The notes under the pieces were generated by a model. The model was not told where the DNA came from. It saw only the letters and a list, made by a program, of their open reading frames with translations, and did not search any database. The translations under genes and the position numbers were made by a program. A stretch of 47,978 nt of DNA, taken from IMG/VR virus record IMGVR_UViG_3300037440_000606, positions 1-47,978 of that record; one strand, written 5' to 3'. The stretch's first letter is position 1. Every line of letters starts with the position of its first letter. The DNA is from a virus (lineage: Duplodnaviria > Caudoviricetes). Shown here in pieces: positions 24,998 through 34,846 of the stretch.

Positions 24998-25067
24998 TTC
25001 CTTCACCATGGTGAAGGAACTGCGCAGCGGAGTTTCTATGCGCCACGGTGCACAGGAATTCCGCTGC
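24998..25067. terminator. Tandem stem-loops between convergent genes
   Basis: Perfect 22-bp palindrome TTCCTTCACCATGGTGAAGGAA at 24998-25019; GCAGCGGAGTTTCT...AGGAATTCCGCTGC at 25024-25067. Confidence 0.6.
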
Positions 25068-25087
25068 TTGCGTCCGGTGGGCTGCCA

Positions 25088-26056
25088 TCAGTACGCGATC
25101 ACCGCCAACGTCCGGGCGGAGAAGCTGGGCGTGCCGATCGTCGCCCGGTACTTCGCGGTGAATGTGTGCGTGCCGGCGGAGGTCAGCTCGGACGGGCCGA
25201 GCGGGGTGACCGCGCTCAGCCGTGCATCGAAGCCCTGGTTGGCCGTGCGCAGCCGCAGGTCGAACTGGTCGTCGAACCCGGTTCCCGGTGTGAACGACGA
25301 TGCCCCGCTGACCGCGAAGCTCATGTGCGGCCGTTCGTTGGCCGCGGCGGTCATCAGCGCGGACACGATGACCAGCGCACGCCGCTCCGAGCTGATCTGC
25401 ACACCCGAGCAGGTCGGGCCGACGCTGGCCCCGGTCAGGTTCGACCAGCTCGAGCTGGACACGGTGCCCGCGCCGGTGTCGGATGCGAAGTGGAAGACCT
25501 GCGAGTTGACGAACTGTGCCAGTACGATCCCCGCCGGGCTGGTCAGCAACTCCTCCACGATTTCATTCACCAGATCGCTCAGCAGTGCTTTCCGCATGAA
25601 AATCTCGGGTACGCCGGGGTCGACGCGGAACACATCACCGGACCCGTCCCGGGCGACCAGTCTGCCGTCGGTGACAGTGATGTTCCCGCCACCAGCCACA
25701 TTGATGCTGCCCAGCACGTCCAGAACACCCCGCAGTGACAACCCCGCGGACCCAGCACGGAAAATCTCGGCCCCGCCAGAGTCGAGGACGATCAGAGAGT
25801 TCCCGGTCACCTCGATGGTGCCTAGCACCTGTAACAGCCCGGTCAGCGTCAGCCCGGTGGTGGACAGCCGCATCGTCTCCGCACCGGCGGCGTCCACGAT
25901 CACGATCGACCCGCCGCGGACGTTGATGCCGCCACGGCCGATGGTGGCGGCCTCCAACCTGCGGGCAGTCTCGAGCTGCCGGATCCGGTCCTCGACGACG
26001 GTGAGCCGGCGCATCAGGTCGCCACGGGAGAACGCCGGGTCGGCCAGGTTGCTCAT
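25088..26056 (-). CDS. Minor tail protein / fibre
   Basis: N-terminal coil LMRRL...IRQLE, beta-rich repeats; last tail gene. Confidence 0.7.
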   Translation of the reverse strand: MSNLADPAFSRGDLMRRLTVVEDRIRQLETARRLEAATIGRGGINVRGGSIVIVDAAGAETMRLSTTGLTLTGLLQVLGTIEVTGNSLIVLDSGGAEIFRAGSAGLSLRGVLDVLGSINVAGGGNITVTDGRLVARDGSGDVFRVDPGVPEIFMRKALLSDLVNEIVEELLTSPAGIVLAQFVNSQVFHFASDTGAGTVSSSSWSNLTGASVGPTCSGVQISSERRALVIVSALMTAAANERPHMSFAVSGASSFTPGTGFDDQFDLRLRTANQGFDARLSAVTPLGPSELTSAGTHTFTAKYRATIGTPSFSARTLAVIAY

Positions 26057-28242
26057 GACACCTCCGGGTCGCTGGCCGGGTCGAGCAGAATCGGCGACGC
26101 CAGCCCACTGCTCGGGTCGAAGTCCCAGCCGATGGCACGGCCGACGCCTGTTACCCCGGCCGGGTGGCCGTGGCCGATCAGGTCCCACCCGATGTCATCA
26201 CCCAACGCCCAGTCGACGTTCAGCCGGGGCGGCTGGTCCCACCTGCCCGACAGGTGCCAGGTGAGCGCCCCGTTACGGGACCGGGCAAGCCGGGATGTGG
26301 CGTGGTCGTCCAGGGTGTCCGTGTCGACAATGCTGGACGACGGCTGCCAGTGCAGCTCGACGATCGGTATGCCGGTGGCCAGCGCCGCCAGGTCGACGGC
26401 TGGGTCGGATACCAGCTGGTCCTCACCCTCACCGGGGGCGTAGGCCACCACCAAGTTGGCGTAACGGCCTTCGGTGTGGTCCTCCGCCAACTCGTAGGTG
26501 GTCTCCGAACTAGACCGGGTAGCAAACCGGGCCGTGGGCACGGCCGCGGCTCGGCCGATCCGATGGCGGATACGCAGATGCCGGGTGACCACTTGGTGGC
26601 GGTTGTCCTGCCAGTCCAAATCCACCGTCCACTCAAGGCCTACCCCGGCCAGCTCACTGAGACCGTCGTAGACGGTCTGCCGGTCGGATAGCAGGTATGC
26701 ACGGTCCCGGGACACACCGGTGGCCACCGCATCAACTGTGATCGGGATGCCCAGCCCCACACCTGCGATGTCTCCGGCGTCGGCGGCCAATCCGGCGGCG
26801 ATCACCGCCTCGTCCTCCCCGGTGTACGTGTGGTCGCGGATCCGCCGGGCCCGGTAGTAGGCCTCCAAGGTCACGCATGGCAAGGACCAGGTGGCGTCAG
26901 ATCCGCGGATCCGGTCTTTCACCCAGCCGGCCCAGGACGGGACGTCGTTGACGACCAGGACGATCATGGTGCGGATGGGTTGGGTGGCACGCTCCAGCAG
27001 GCCGATCGGTAGATGCCCTGGGCCACCGGTTGGGGCGGGCAGAGACAGCGCAGACTGGGTGTAGGCGCACAGCACCCGCGACACCTGCCCGGTGATGTCG
27101 GGCAGCTCTGCGATACGCCGGCCGGTGACCACATCACACGCCAGCCAGGTGATCACGGCCCGTACCTGCGCCTGTGCCACCTGCGCTCCGCCGGCCAAGC
27201 TGGCGGCGAACAGCCGCACACCGTCGACCACCCCGAACTCGGCGTCAGGGTCGGCAAGGAAAGGGATCAGCGGCTGCGCCGGCTGCCCCATGGCCAGCAC
27301 ACCACCCGCAGCGGTCACGCCGAACATCGCACGGTGCAGCACCGTGGCGGCCAACTGGGCCGACGACAGCTGGTAGCTGACGGGTGGCGGATCCAACATG
27401 GCCACGCGCAGGCTGAACGGCGCTGTCGCGGCGACGCCGACCGCTGTGCGGGACTCCGCCGCCGCCGCCGCGTCGGCGAGCAGCGCATCCGCATTCAGCC
27501 GGGCGTATGTGAGGGACGCGTCGGCGACCGCCCGCGCCTGGTCGATCCGCTCCGATTCCGTCGTACCACCCGAGTCGCATTCTGCGACCAGACTGGGCAG
27601 GTTACCCAGCCCTACACGGTTACGCAGGATCGTCTCCGTGTCGGCGCCCGGCCAGTCACCCGTGGTCATGCCCAACGCGTCGAAATGCAGCCGGATCGCG
27701 TTCACGGCGTTGACCGACCGGGCAGCGATCAGCGGGTCGACCTGCACGTTGGTCGGCCCGAGCAGCTGCGCGTTCTCGGCGACACCACCCTCGTGCAGGT
27801 CGACCACCAGCCCTGGACGGGCATCGTGCAACACGGTGGCGATCGCCTGCGCCTCCACGCTACGCAACTGGATGTGGTCGCGGTTGACGTCGATGCCCTG
27901 CAGGTTTTCCCGCTGCAGCACCTCCACGCCGTCCGGGTTGCACGTCGGCATGAGCAGCACACCGTGGCTCTGCAGCAGCGCCAGCAGATCCGGGTCGGTG
28001 GTCACGGACAGGTCCTCGGCCAACTCGATGATCGCCTCACGGCCGGCGACCTCGTTGCCGTGCTGGGTGCCGGTGACCAGGACGATCGCCTGGGCCGTTG
28101 CCTCCGGCGGCGGGTCGCCGACTCGTAGCAGCCGCACCGGATGCCCACCCACTGTGGTGCCGAGCACGGTCACAGCCACCCGTCCGGTGGTGACCATCGC
28201 GTCGACCCGGGTGGTCTCCTCATCCAACGTGGCGAATGCCAT
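26053..28242 (-). CDS. M14 Zn-carboxypeptidase fused to a baseplate hub-like minor tail protein
   Basis: QHGNE, NPDG, N..GIDVNRD, DLHE (M14); C-terminal half with IAELP, W.G.V..R, LGD.I of siphovirus minor tail proteins. Confidence 0.8.
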   Translation of the reverse strand: MAFATLDEETTRVDAMVTTGRVAVTVLGTTVGGHPVRLLRVGDPPPEATAQAIVLVTGTQHGNEVAGREAIIELAEDLSVTTDPDLLALLQSHGVLLMPTCNPDGVEVLQRENLQGIDVNRDHIQLRSVEAQAIATVLHDARPGLVVDLHEGGVAENAQLLGPTNVQVDPLIAARSVNAVNAIRLHFDALGMTTGDWPGADTETILRNRVGLGNLPSLVAECDSGGTTESERIDQARAVADASLTYARLNADALLADAAAAAESRTAVGVAATAPFSLRVAMLDPPPVSYQLSSAQLAATVLHRAMFGVTAAGGVLAMGQPAQPLIPFLADPDAEFGVVDGVRLFAASLAGGAQVAQAQVRAVITWLACDVVTGRRIAELPDITGQVSRVLCAYTQSALSLPAPTGGPGHLPIGLLERATQPIRTMIVLVVNDVPSWAGWVKDRIRGSDATWSLPCVTLEAYYRARRIRDHTYTGEDEAVIAAGLAADAGDIAGVGLGIPITVDAVATGVSRDRAYLLSDRQTVYDGLSELAGVGLEWTVDLDWQDNRHQVVTRHLRIRHRIGRAAAVPTARFATRSSSETTYELAEDHTEGRYANLVVAYAPGEGEDQLVSDPAVDLAALATGIPIVELHWQPSSSIVDTDTLDDHATSRLARSRNGALTWHLSGRWDQPPRLNVDWALGDDIGWDLIGHGHPAGVTGVGRAIGWDFDPSSGLASPILLDPASDPEVS

Positions 28243-29771
28243 CAGTACAACTCGACGATCACCGCGCCGGCCGCGGCGGCTAGGGACGCACGTGCCGCCT
28301 GAGACTCCCCGTTGGACGCACCGGCACTGCCGCCGCCGTATGCGTGGCCGGCCTCACCGGTGGAGGACACCGTTCGCGACGACGCGACCGACGAAAGGGT
28401 GGTGCCACCGCCGGACCCGGTCTTGGTCATCGACCCGCCGATGACGCGTCCGTTGCCACCGTCGCAGCCCGGGATCCGCAGGTCGGCCGTGCCGGTGCCA
28501 CCGTCGCCACCGTTGCCCCCACCGCTGAGCACACTTGTTGTTTCGGCCGTTCCGGCATTGCCACCGTCGCCACCTACCACGGTCACCGTCGATGCACCCG
28601 CCCACGTGGTGGTGCCCCCGGCGTTGCCGTTGTTGGCACCAGCGGTGGCCGCGGCCCCACCAGCGCCGATCGTCACCGTCACCGACGTGGGCAGATCCGC
28701 GACGTTACCGGAGATCTGTGCATATTCGCCCTCACCGCCGCCGCCGCCCTCGGCGTGCTCACCCACCCCGGTAGCTTCGACGGCACCACCGGAACCACCG
28801 GCGGCCTTCAGGTGCGCCCGGTACCGGTGCGCCCACGGGAAAGTCGCCTTCGTGAACGCCCCGCTGGCGGTGATGACTACCGTGGTCGGGCTGCTCGGCG
28901 ACGCGACCGGCACCCACGCCGACGCGCCACGCCGCTGCAGCGCGTCGTCCTGGTCGAGGTACATGCCCTCCCGCACACCAGCAGTTGGCTTGGTCTCCCC
29001 GACCCGCAACGGTGGGATACCACCCGCAGCGGCGGACATCGACCCCAACGTGGCCACGCTCGGAACTGGCGACCCGGCCGCAGGCACCAGGATGGTGCCC
29101 AACCGCAACGCATTCGTGGTCACCGCCGGGGCCGTGGGAGACGATGCCGGCGACCCTGGGACGTAGACCACGGTGGCCTGCCGGTCGCCGGACGCGTCCT
29201 CGTCGTCGTCCTCGATGAGCAGGTCCAACCCGTCGATACGCGGGTTGCTTCCGTCAGCCGGGTCCAGGCTGGCGGACTGCTCCGACACCGCAACAATGTA
29301 TGGGCCAGACCCGGCCCCGGCGACCACCGCGGTCAGGTCGTGCACCGTCCACGTTGTGCTGGCCACAGAGATCGGGTCGGTGGCATGCGCGCGGACACCC
29401 GGCCGGGCACCGAACTCGGAGGTCACCCCCGCCCACAACCAGGCGGCGGTGGACCGGCGTAGCTCCTGCGCGTGGTACTGCGGCTGCCACCGGTACACGG
29501 TGGCCCCACCGTCGACGGAGAACAGCACCGGCGCGCCGTGCGGGGTCAAACTCAGAGCGAACGTGTTGGTCAGCGAGTCGCGGACGAAGTACACGGCATC
29601 GGCTACGAGCACCCCGACCGCACCGCCGGTCAGGGTGTCCACGCTCACCGTGTCACCGTCGGCCAGGCCATGGCCCGTGATGGTGAACAGGTCGGTGCTT
29701 TCGGCGATCGTCGCCGTACCCACGGCCGTGCCCGCCTTGCCGGCGTTGACCCACAGCGGATCTGTCACCAT
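28242..29771 (-). CDS. Minor tail protein with Gly-rich C-terminal domain
   Basis: AAGGAGG RBS; NPRID...Y..G.P...P..P and GGGGGEG...VTVTIGAGG motifs. Confidence 0.75.
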   Translation of the reverse strand: MVTDPLWVNAGKAGTAVGTATIAESTDLFTITGHGLADGDTVSVDTLTGGAVGVLVADAVYFVRDSLTNTFALSLTPHGAPVLFSVDGGATVYRWQPQYHAQELRRSTAAWLWAGVTSEFGARPGVRAHATDPISVASTTWTVHDLTAVVAGAGSGPYIVAVSEQSASLDPADGSNPRIDGLDLLIEDDDEDASGDRQATVVYVPGSPASSPTAPAVTTNALRLGTILVPAAGSPVPSVATLGSMSAAAGGIPPLRVGETKPTAGVREGMYLDQDDALQRRGASAWVPVASPSSPTTVVITASGAFTKATFPWAHRYRAHLKAAGGSGGAVEATGVGEHAEGGGGGEGEYAQISGNVADLPTSVTVTIGAGGAAATAGANNGNAGGTTTWAGASTVTVVGGDGGNAGTAETTSVLSGGGNGGDGGTGTADLRIPGCDGGNGRVIGGSMTKTGSGGGTTLSSVASSRTVSSTGEAGHAYGGGSAGASNGESQAARASLAAAAGAVIVELY

Positions 29772-29778
29772 ATCCTCC

Positions 29779-30651
29779 TTACCACCATGCCGACCGCCAG
29801 GTAGCAGTGGCCAATGCCCCAGCCTCGAAACGGTCCGCGAAAAACCTGAGCGTGCTCGTTCCCGGCGGCAGCGGGTACTGATCCCAGCCCCACGTGGCCA
29901 GCCCGAACTGGTTGCTTCCCGGCAGCCCGTTGAGTAGCGCGGTACGGGCCACGCTGTCCACGTCCAGCCACTGGTCGGCGGCCAACTGCAAATCGAACTG
30001 CAGTTGGGTGCTGGTTCCATCCGGCGCCTGCAAAACCAGCCGGGGCGTGTCCACCGGCCCGTCGATCCGCATGTTCATCCCGGTTGCCACCGTCCCGGCG
30101 TTGACTAGGCTGGCGAACCCGCCGGACAAGGTTCCACCCACGGTGAACGGCGCGGTCAGCGGGGCGGACAGGCCACCGGCGAACTGGGTCAGCCCTGTTG
30201 CTGCGGTCGATTCGGCGCCGGAGTAGATCCGCGGGTCCTGCGCCACGAACGCGCCACGGGTGAACCCCCTGCCGGTGGCGATCAATGAAAGATCTGGTTC
30301 CACCATCCGCGGCCGGCCCAACAGCAGGAACTCGCTCCCACCGAGGGAGAACCGGCACTCGACCTGCCCCGGATCGTGGCCGACCGCCCGGAACGCGGCC
30401 GCCAGCAGTTGGTGCGCGGCCAGCCAGTCCGCCGCGTCCCCGTTTGCGATGTCCGTCAGGATCCGCAGCGGCACGACCCGCTCGCTGGCCCACTCGGCGC
30501 CCGACCAGCTGCCATGGTTCCAGGCCCGCGACCCACCCTGGTCGGCGCGCGCCGTCGACACGAACGGGTTGGTCTCATCCATCAGTCGGTAGGCGGTGCC
30601 CGGCCCCAGCACTAGGTCCCGGATCTGCCACTGCCGGTCCGCGAGCGGCAT
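29779..30651 (-). CDS. Distal tail (Dit)-like protein
   Basis: Follows the tape measure; F.AQDPRIYS, N.GT, I.GP..P, W. Confidence 0.75.
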   Translation of the reverse strand: MPLADRQWQIRDLVLGPGTAYRLMDETNPFVSTARADQGGSRAWNHGSWSGAEWASERVVPLRILTDIANGDAADWLAAHQLLAAAFRAVGHDPGQVECRFSLGGSEFLLLGRPRMVEPDLSLIATGRGFTRGAFVAQDPRIYSGAESTAATGLTQFAGGLSAPLTAPFTVGGTLSGGFASLVNAGTVATGMNMRIDGPVDTPRLVLQAPDGTSTQLQFDLQLAADQWLDVDSVARTALLNGLPGSNQFGLATWGWDQYPLPPGTSTLRFFADRFEAGALATATWRSAWW

Positions 30652-33455
30652 CAGACAGCCCCCCGGAATGCCAGATCGTCCATGACCTGCTTGGTAGAGA
30701 ACTGGTCACTGTAGGCGGTGAGGTTCACGTTGATCGTGTCCCCGCCGGACATGCCACCCATAGACCCGAACCGCATGCCACCACCGCCGACGGGGAACCG
30801 GCCGGTCGCGTTGAGCGCGAGCAACGCCGCCCGGTTGGCCTGCGCCACCGGCTCACGGATGACAATCTCACCGGCGGTGAGCATCCGCGGCACCCGGTCG
30901 ATGCCGGACGGACCGTGAACCTCACCGCCGTGCTGCTGGCCCGGTAGGCGCACCGAGCCCGCCGACACGGCACCGGAGACGGAGAATGAGATGTTGACCT
31001 GCCGGTCGATCTCGTTGAGCCGGTCGCGCAGCCGCTGCGCCTCCCGAGTCGCCTTGGTGACACCCTCGTTCTCGAACGTCACCTCGATCAGCCGCTCGAT
31101 GTCCCCGACGACGTCGTTGTAGCCTTCCAAGTCCTCGACGTTGGTACCGGTCTGCTCGGCCAGTTCCTCCAGCGCCAACTTGAAGTCATCGACGACCGCC
31201 TCCGCCTCCTCCTGGGAGCCGGTCTGCTTGATAGTCTCCTGCACCAGTTGCCCGTACTTTTCAAGCAGCTCCTGCGCGGCGTCGCGGTTCTCCCGCGCCG
31301 CACCGGTCATCCCGTCCAGCGCACCGGCGCCCTTGACGCCTTCCTCCTGCTGCTGCTGGATCTGCTCGGTCAGCGCGTCGAACGCGTCGGCCAGATCGTC
31401 CTGGGCATTCTGTAGCCCGAAGACCCGCTCGAAGAGTTGCTTCAACTCCTCGTCGAGCTTGTCCACGGCATCGGCCACGTCATCGGCAGCTCCAGCTGAC
31501 ACGTCGAAGGCGTCGGCAAGGTCGCGGGTGGCCGGGTCGAGCGCCTCCGTTTCGACGACCGCCTCACCGGTGGCCTCAGCCTGCCGGCGGGTGGCTTCCT
31601 GCGCAGCGGTCAAATCCCCAGTCAGCCCACCGACCGCGCCGCGCACCTTGTCCGTCGCCGTATTTTGGGCTTCCAGTTGCTGCTGGTAGGCCAGGGTCTT
31701 CGCTGCCACATCCTCGGCCGCCAGGCCCTGGCCCTCCAACTGCCGGCGGTACTCCGCCACCAGGATGCCGGTCGTGCCGAGCTCCTGATTGTGCTCACCG
31801 AGGACAGCGTTAACCCGCTCGATCGCGTGCTGCTCGCCGAGGATCGCGCTGACCACGGTATCCAGGTCCAGCCCGAGCCGCTCGGCGGCGGCCAGCACGC
31901 CTTCCTCCTCCAGCTTGTTGGCCAGCCATGCCCGGGTGTTGTCGGTGATCTGGCCGGTCTGTGTGTCCAACGTCTTGGACATCTCGTCGATCTTCGCCTT
32001 GGTGTTCGCCTGCGCAATGCCGAATGCCGTCAGCGCAGTGACCGCAACGCCGAGGGCGATTCCCCACGGTCCGGCCAGGAATGCACCCACGCCGCGGAAT
32101 GCGCTGGAGACCAGGGCCGCCCGCCCACCGGCGGCGGTCAACTGGTCCAGCGCCGTCTTGAAAGCAATGATCTTCGGCACCGCGATCAGCGCCGCTCCAC
32201 CAACGACCAGTAGTGCCGCTGACGCCGTGGCGAGCACGGCCAGCAGGACCTTGACCGGCTCGGGCAGGTCTTGGAGTACATCCAGCAACGCCGAGAGGCG
32301 GGTGGCGCTGGCGCTGATGGCTGGCAGGAGTGTGGTCCCGATATCAATGGCCAAGTCGTTGAGTTGGTTGCGGGCAATGGCGGCCTGCGCAGCAGTCGTG
32401 CCGTAGCGGCGCTCCGCCTCGGCCGCGAGCGCTTCGTTCGCATCCCACGCCTCGTTGGAGATCTGCAGCGTGTTGGTCAGGTTGTCGCCGCTGCCGGCCA
32501 GCCGGCGCAGGGCGTCCGACACCCGAATCTCGGTCAGCCCGAGCTGGGTGAGCACCGCGTTGACGTCGCCACCGCGCTCTTGGACCTTGCCGAGACCGAT
32601 GACGAACGCGGCGATCGCCCCGCCGGCATCCTCCTGGTAAGCCCGCTGGAACTCCTCGGCGGTCATCCCCGCGGTCTGCGCGAAGACCTCCAGGTTGTCC
32701 CCGCCCTGGCTCACCGCGGTGTCGATCTCCAGGAAGACCTTGGAAATGGCAGTGCCGCCGGACTCGGCGCGGATGCCCACATTGGACAACGCGGCGGCGA
32801 AGGCCAGCACCTGCTGCTCTGAGAGGCCGATGGTGCGGCCGGCGCCGGCGATGCGGAGACCCATCTCGGTGATCTCGGCCTCAGTCGTCGCACCCTTGTT
32901 GCCGAGGTCGACGATCGCGGAGGCGAGCCGGCCAACATCCCCCGGCGCCGTCTGCATGATGTTCATCAGTCGGGCGATCGAGGTGGCAGCCTCGTCGCTG
33001 GTGAGGTTCGTCGCCTCACCCATATCGATCATGGTCTTGGTGAATGCCGCGATGTCCTCCCGGCGCACCCCGAGCTGGCCGGCGGCCTCGGCCACTGCGG
33101 CGATCTCGGTGTGCGTGGCCGGCAGGATCGCGGTCAGGCCACGGATCTCCTCCTCAAGCGCGGCCATCTGCTCCGGGCTGCCCTCGACGGTCTTGAGCAC
33201 ACCGGCCCAGGCCGACTCCCACTGCACAGCAGCGCGCACCGACAGGGCCAACCCGGCGGCAATCACGGCACCGGCGACGAGCATGCCTCGGCCGAGCAGG
33301 TTCATCGCCCGGTCGGTGCGCGCCTGCTGGCGCTCCAGCTTTTGCAGCTCGCGCTCGTAGGCGCTGGCAGACTTGCCAGCGCGGCCCGCGCCCCTCTCGA
33401 ACGCGGTCGGGTCAAGGTCGACCCCGACGACGAGATCACGTCGCTGCGTCGCCAC
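30651..33455 (-). CDS. Tape measure protein
   Basis: 934 aa helical protein; WESAWAGV.KT, GN..ATTE.EI, E.GGTAIS; C-terminal GG...G..D.VP.ML..GE. Confidence 0.93.
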   Translation of the reverse strand: MATQRRDLVVGVDLDPTAFERGAGRAGKSASAYERELQKLERQQARTDRAMNLLGRGMLVAGAVIAAGLALSVRAAVQWESAWAGVLKTVEGSPEQMAALEEEIRGLTAILPATHTEIAAVAEAAGQLGVRREDIAAFTKTMIDMGEATNLTSDEAATSIARLMNIMQTAPGDVGRLASAIVDLGNKGATTEAEITEMGLRIAGAGRTIGLSEQQVLAFAAALSNVGIRAESGGTAISKVFLEIDTAVSQGGDNLEVFAQTAGMTAEEFQRAYQEDAGGAIAAFVIGLGKVQERGGDVNAVLTQLGLTEIRVSDALRRLAGSGDNLTNTLQISNEAWDANEALAAEAERRYGTTAAQAAIARNQLNDLAIDIGTTLLPAISASATRLSALLDVLQDLPEPVKVLLAVLATASAALLVVGGAALIAVPKIIAFKTALDQLTAAGGRAALVSSAFRGVGAFLAGPWGIALGVAVTALTAFGIAQANTKAKIDEMSKTLDTQTGQITDNTRAWLANKLEEEGVLAAAERLGLDLDTVVSAILGEQHAIERVNAVLGEHNQELGTTGILVAEYRRQLEGQGLAAEDVAAKTLAYQQQLEAQNTATDKVRGAVGGLTGDLTAAQEATRRQAEATGEAVVETEALDPATRDLADAFDVSAGAADDVADAVDKLDEELKQLFERVFGLQNAQDDLADAFDALTEQIQQQQEEGVKGAGALDGMTGAARENRDAAQELLEKYGQLVQETIKQTGSQEEAEAVVDDFKLALEELAEQTGTNVEDLEGYNDVVGDIERLIEVTFENEGVTKATREAQRLRDRLNEIDRQVNISFSVSGAVSAGSVRLPGQQHGGEVHGPSGIDRVPRMLTAGEIVIREPVAQANRAALLALNATGRFPVGGGGMRFGSMGGMSGGDTINVNLTAYSDQFSTKQVMDDLAFRGAV

Positions 33456-33792
33456 GGCGGACCTCCTCGTTACGCCTCAGGTGGACGTGCCTGCCACGCG
33501 TCTCGGTCGGGTCCCCACTGGACAGGGTGGCCTGCATCATCTGCACCTGCTCACAGCCAGGGCAGCGCTGCACCTCCGCCCGATAGGCCAACGGATGGCC
33601 GCCCTGCGACGGGTCCCACTCCTCCACCCTGGTGCCACAACTCGGGCACGCCGATGCCTGCCGGGAGTACTCCCACAGCGCCTTCGACCGGTCGTCGTGT
33701 GACCAGCCGAGAAACTGCGAGTGCCGGACCTGGTAGGCCCGGCAGACCCTCAGCTCAAGCGCCAACTGGGGGTCATGGTCGAGCCTTTTGGG
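33436..33792 (-). CDS. Tail assembly chaperone extension (gpGT-like, reached by -1 frameshift)
   Basis: The -1 frame after CCCAAAA reads RLDHDPQLALELRVC...CPSCG. Confidence 0.75.
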   Translation of the reverse strand, partial: PKRLDHDPQLALELRVCRAYQVRHSQFLGWSHDDRSKALWEYSRQASACPSCGTRVEEWDPSQGGHPLAYRAEVQRCPGCEQVQMMQATLSSGDPTETRGRHVHLRRNEEVRRGDAAT

Positions 33793-34343
33793 AGCACCAC
33801 TGGCTCAGCGAACCGGGCCCGCTCGTTCAACCCGAGCACCACCACCCGCAACTCCTGACGTTCACCGTCAGACATGTGCCGATCGAGCAGCTCCGCCCAG
33901 TCCTGCGCGGACATGTCCATATCGGTTGAGGCAGCCAGCACCTCCGGCACGAACGCGGTGGTGTCGCAGTCGGGCGGAAGCTCGCTGGCATCTTTCGCCG
34001 CCTTCAACTGAGCCTCGGTCGGCGGGTTGTCGGCCTTAAGTTGTTCGTAGTCGGCAGGCGGCATCGCCTGCAGGATGACCCGCTGGTAGCAGTCGTCGAC
34101 CGCCTGCTGGGCGGCCTCCAGTTGCACCCGGGCCGCCTTGTGCGCCTTGGTGCCCTCGTCGTGGCGGAGCATGACCTGCCGGGCCCCGCGCTCCACCCGC
34201 TCCAGGTTGCGGCGGGCCTCACCCGGATCGTCCACCAAGATCGGGTACGGCAGAGACGGCCGCGGCCGGCCCAGCAGCCGCTCACGCGGGCTGCGGGCAG
34301 CAGCCGCGGCCGTCGTCTTGCGTGGACGACTGGCTGTGGCCAT
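33750..34343 (-). CDS. Tail assembly chaperone (gpG-like)
   Basis: Between major tail and tape measure; slippery site near the 3' end. Confidence 0.8.
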   Translation of the reverse strand: MATASRPRKTTAAAAARSPRERLLGRPRPSLPYPILVDDPGEARRNLERVERGARQVMLRHDEGTKAHKAARVQLEAAQQAVDDCYQRVILQAMPPADYEQLKADNPPTEAQLKAAKDASELPPDCDTTAFVPEVLAASTDMDMSAQDWAELLDRHMSDGERQELRVVVLGLNERARFAEPVVLPKGSTMTPSWRLS

Positions 34344-34843
34344 CAGGCCAACGCCGGCAGCGCCCAGTCGATCGCCGGAGCGGCGGTGATGGCACACTTG
34401 ATCATCACCCGGGCCGGGTTCTCGGAGGTCAGGTCGACCTCCTTGGCCGCGCTGGCCACGGTCGCCGGGAACGTGTCGGCCAGGTTGGCCGCTACGTCAC
34501 CACCCCAGCAGAAGACGAAGAAGCCGGTGGTGCCGCGGGGGAGCAGTGCCCGCAGGGCGTCCGCGCCGGTCTTGGTCATGTAGAACAGTAGGGTGCTGTC
34601 CTCGGCCGTGGTCCGGCCGATGATCTTCGAGATGAACTCGGTCTCCAGGTCCGGCGCGTCCACGATATTCGATGCGACGTTCCAGCCGGTTGACCCGGCC
34701 AGGGCACGGGACAGGTCGGTGCCCGCGTCCAACTCGGCGCGGGTCGCCTGCTTGTTGGCGGCCGCGACCGCGGTCAGAAAGTACAGCTTCGTGACCCCGG
34801 GGTGGATGTACTTGACCGGGGCGGTGATCGCCGTTGCAGGCAT
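34343..34843 (-). CDS. Major tail protein
   Basis: TRAELDAGTDLS...GW...PDL...F...I.GR pattern of actinophage tail tube proteins. Confidence 0.85.
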   Translation of the reverse strand: MPATAITAPVKYIHPGVTKLYFLTAVAAANKQATRAELDAGTDLSRALAGSTGWNVASNIVDAPDLETEFISKIIGRTTAEDSTLLFYMTKTGADALRALLPRGTTGFFVFCWGGDVAANLADTFPATVASAAKEVDLTSENPARVMIKCAITAAPAIDWALPALA

Positions 34844-34846
34844 GGC

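Noticed and set aside
28242-28800. PE-PGRS-like Gly-rich segment
   Set aside because: Matches the ordinary Gly-rich domain of phage minor tail proteins
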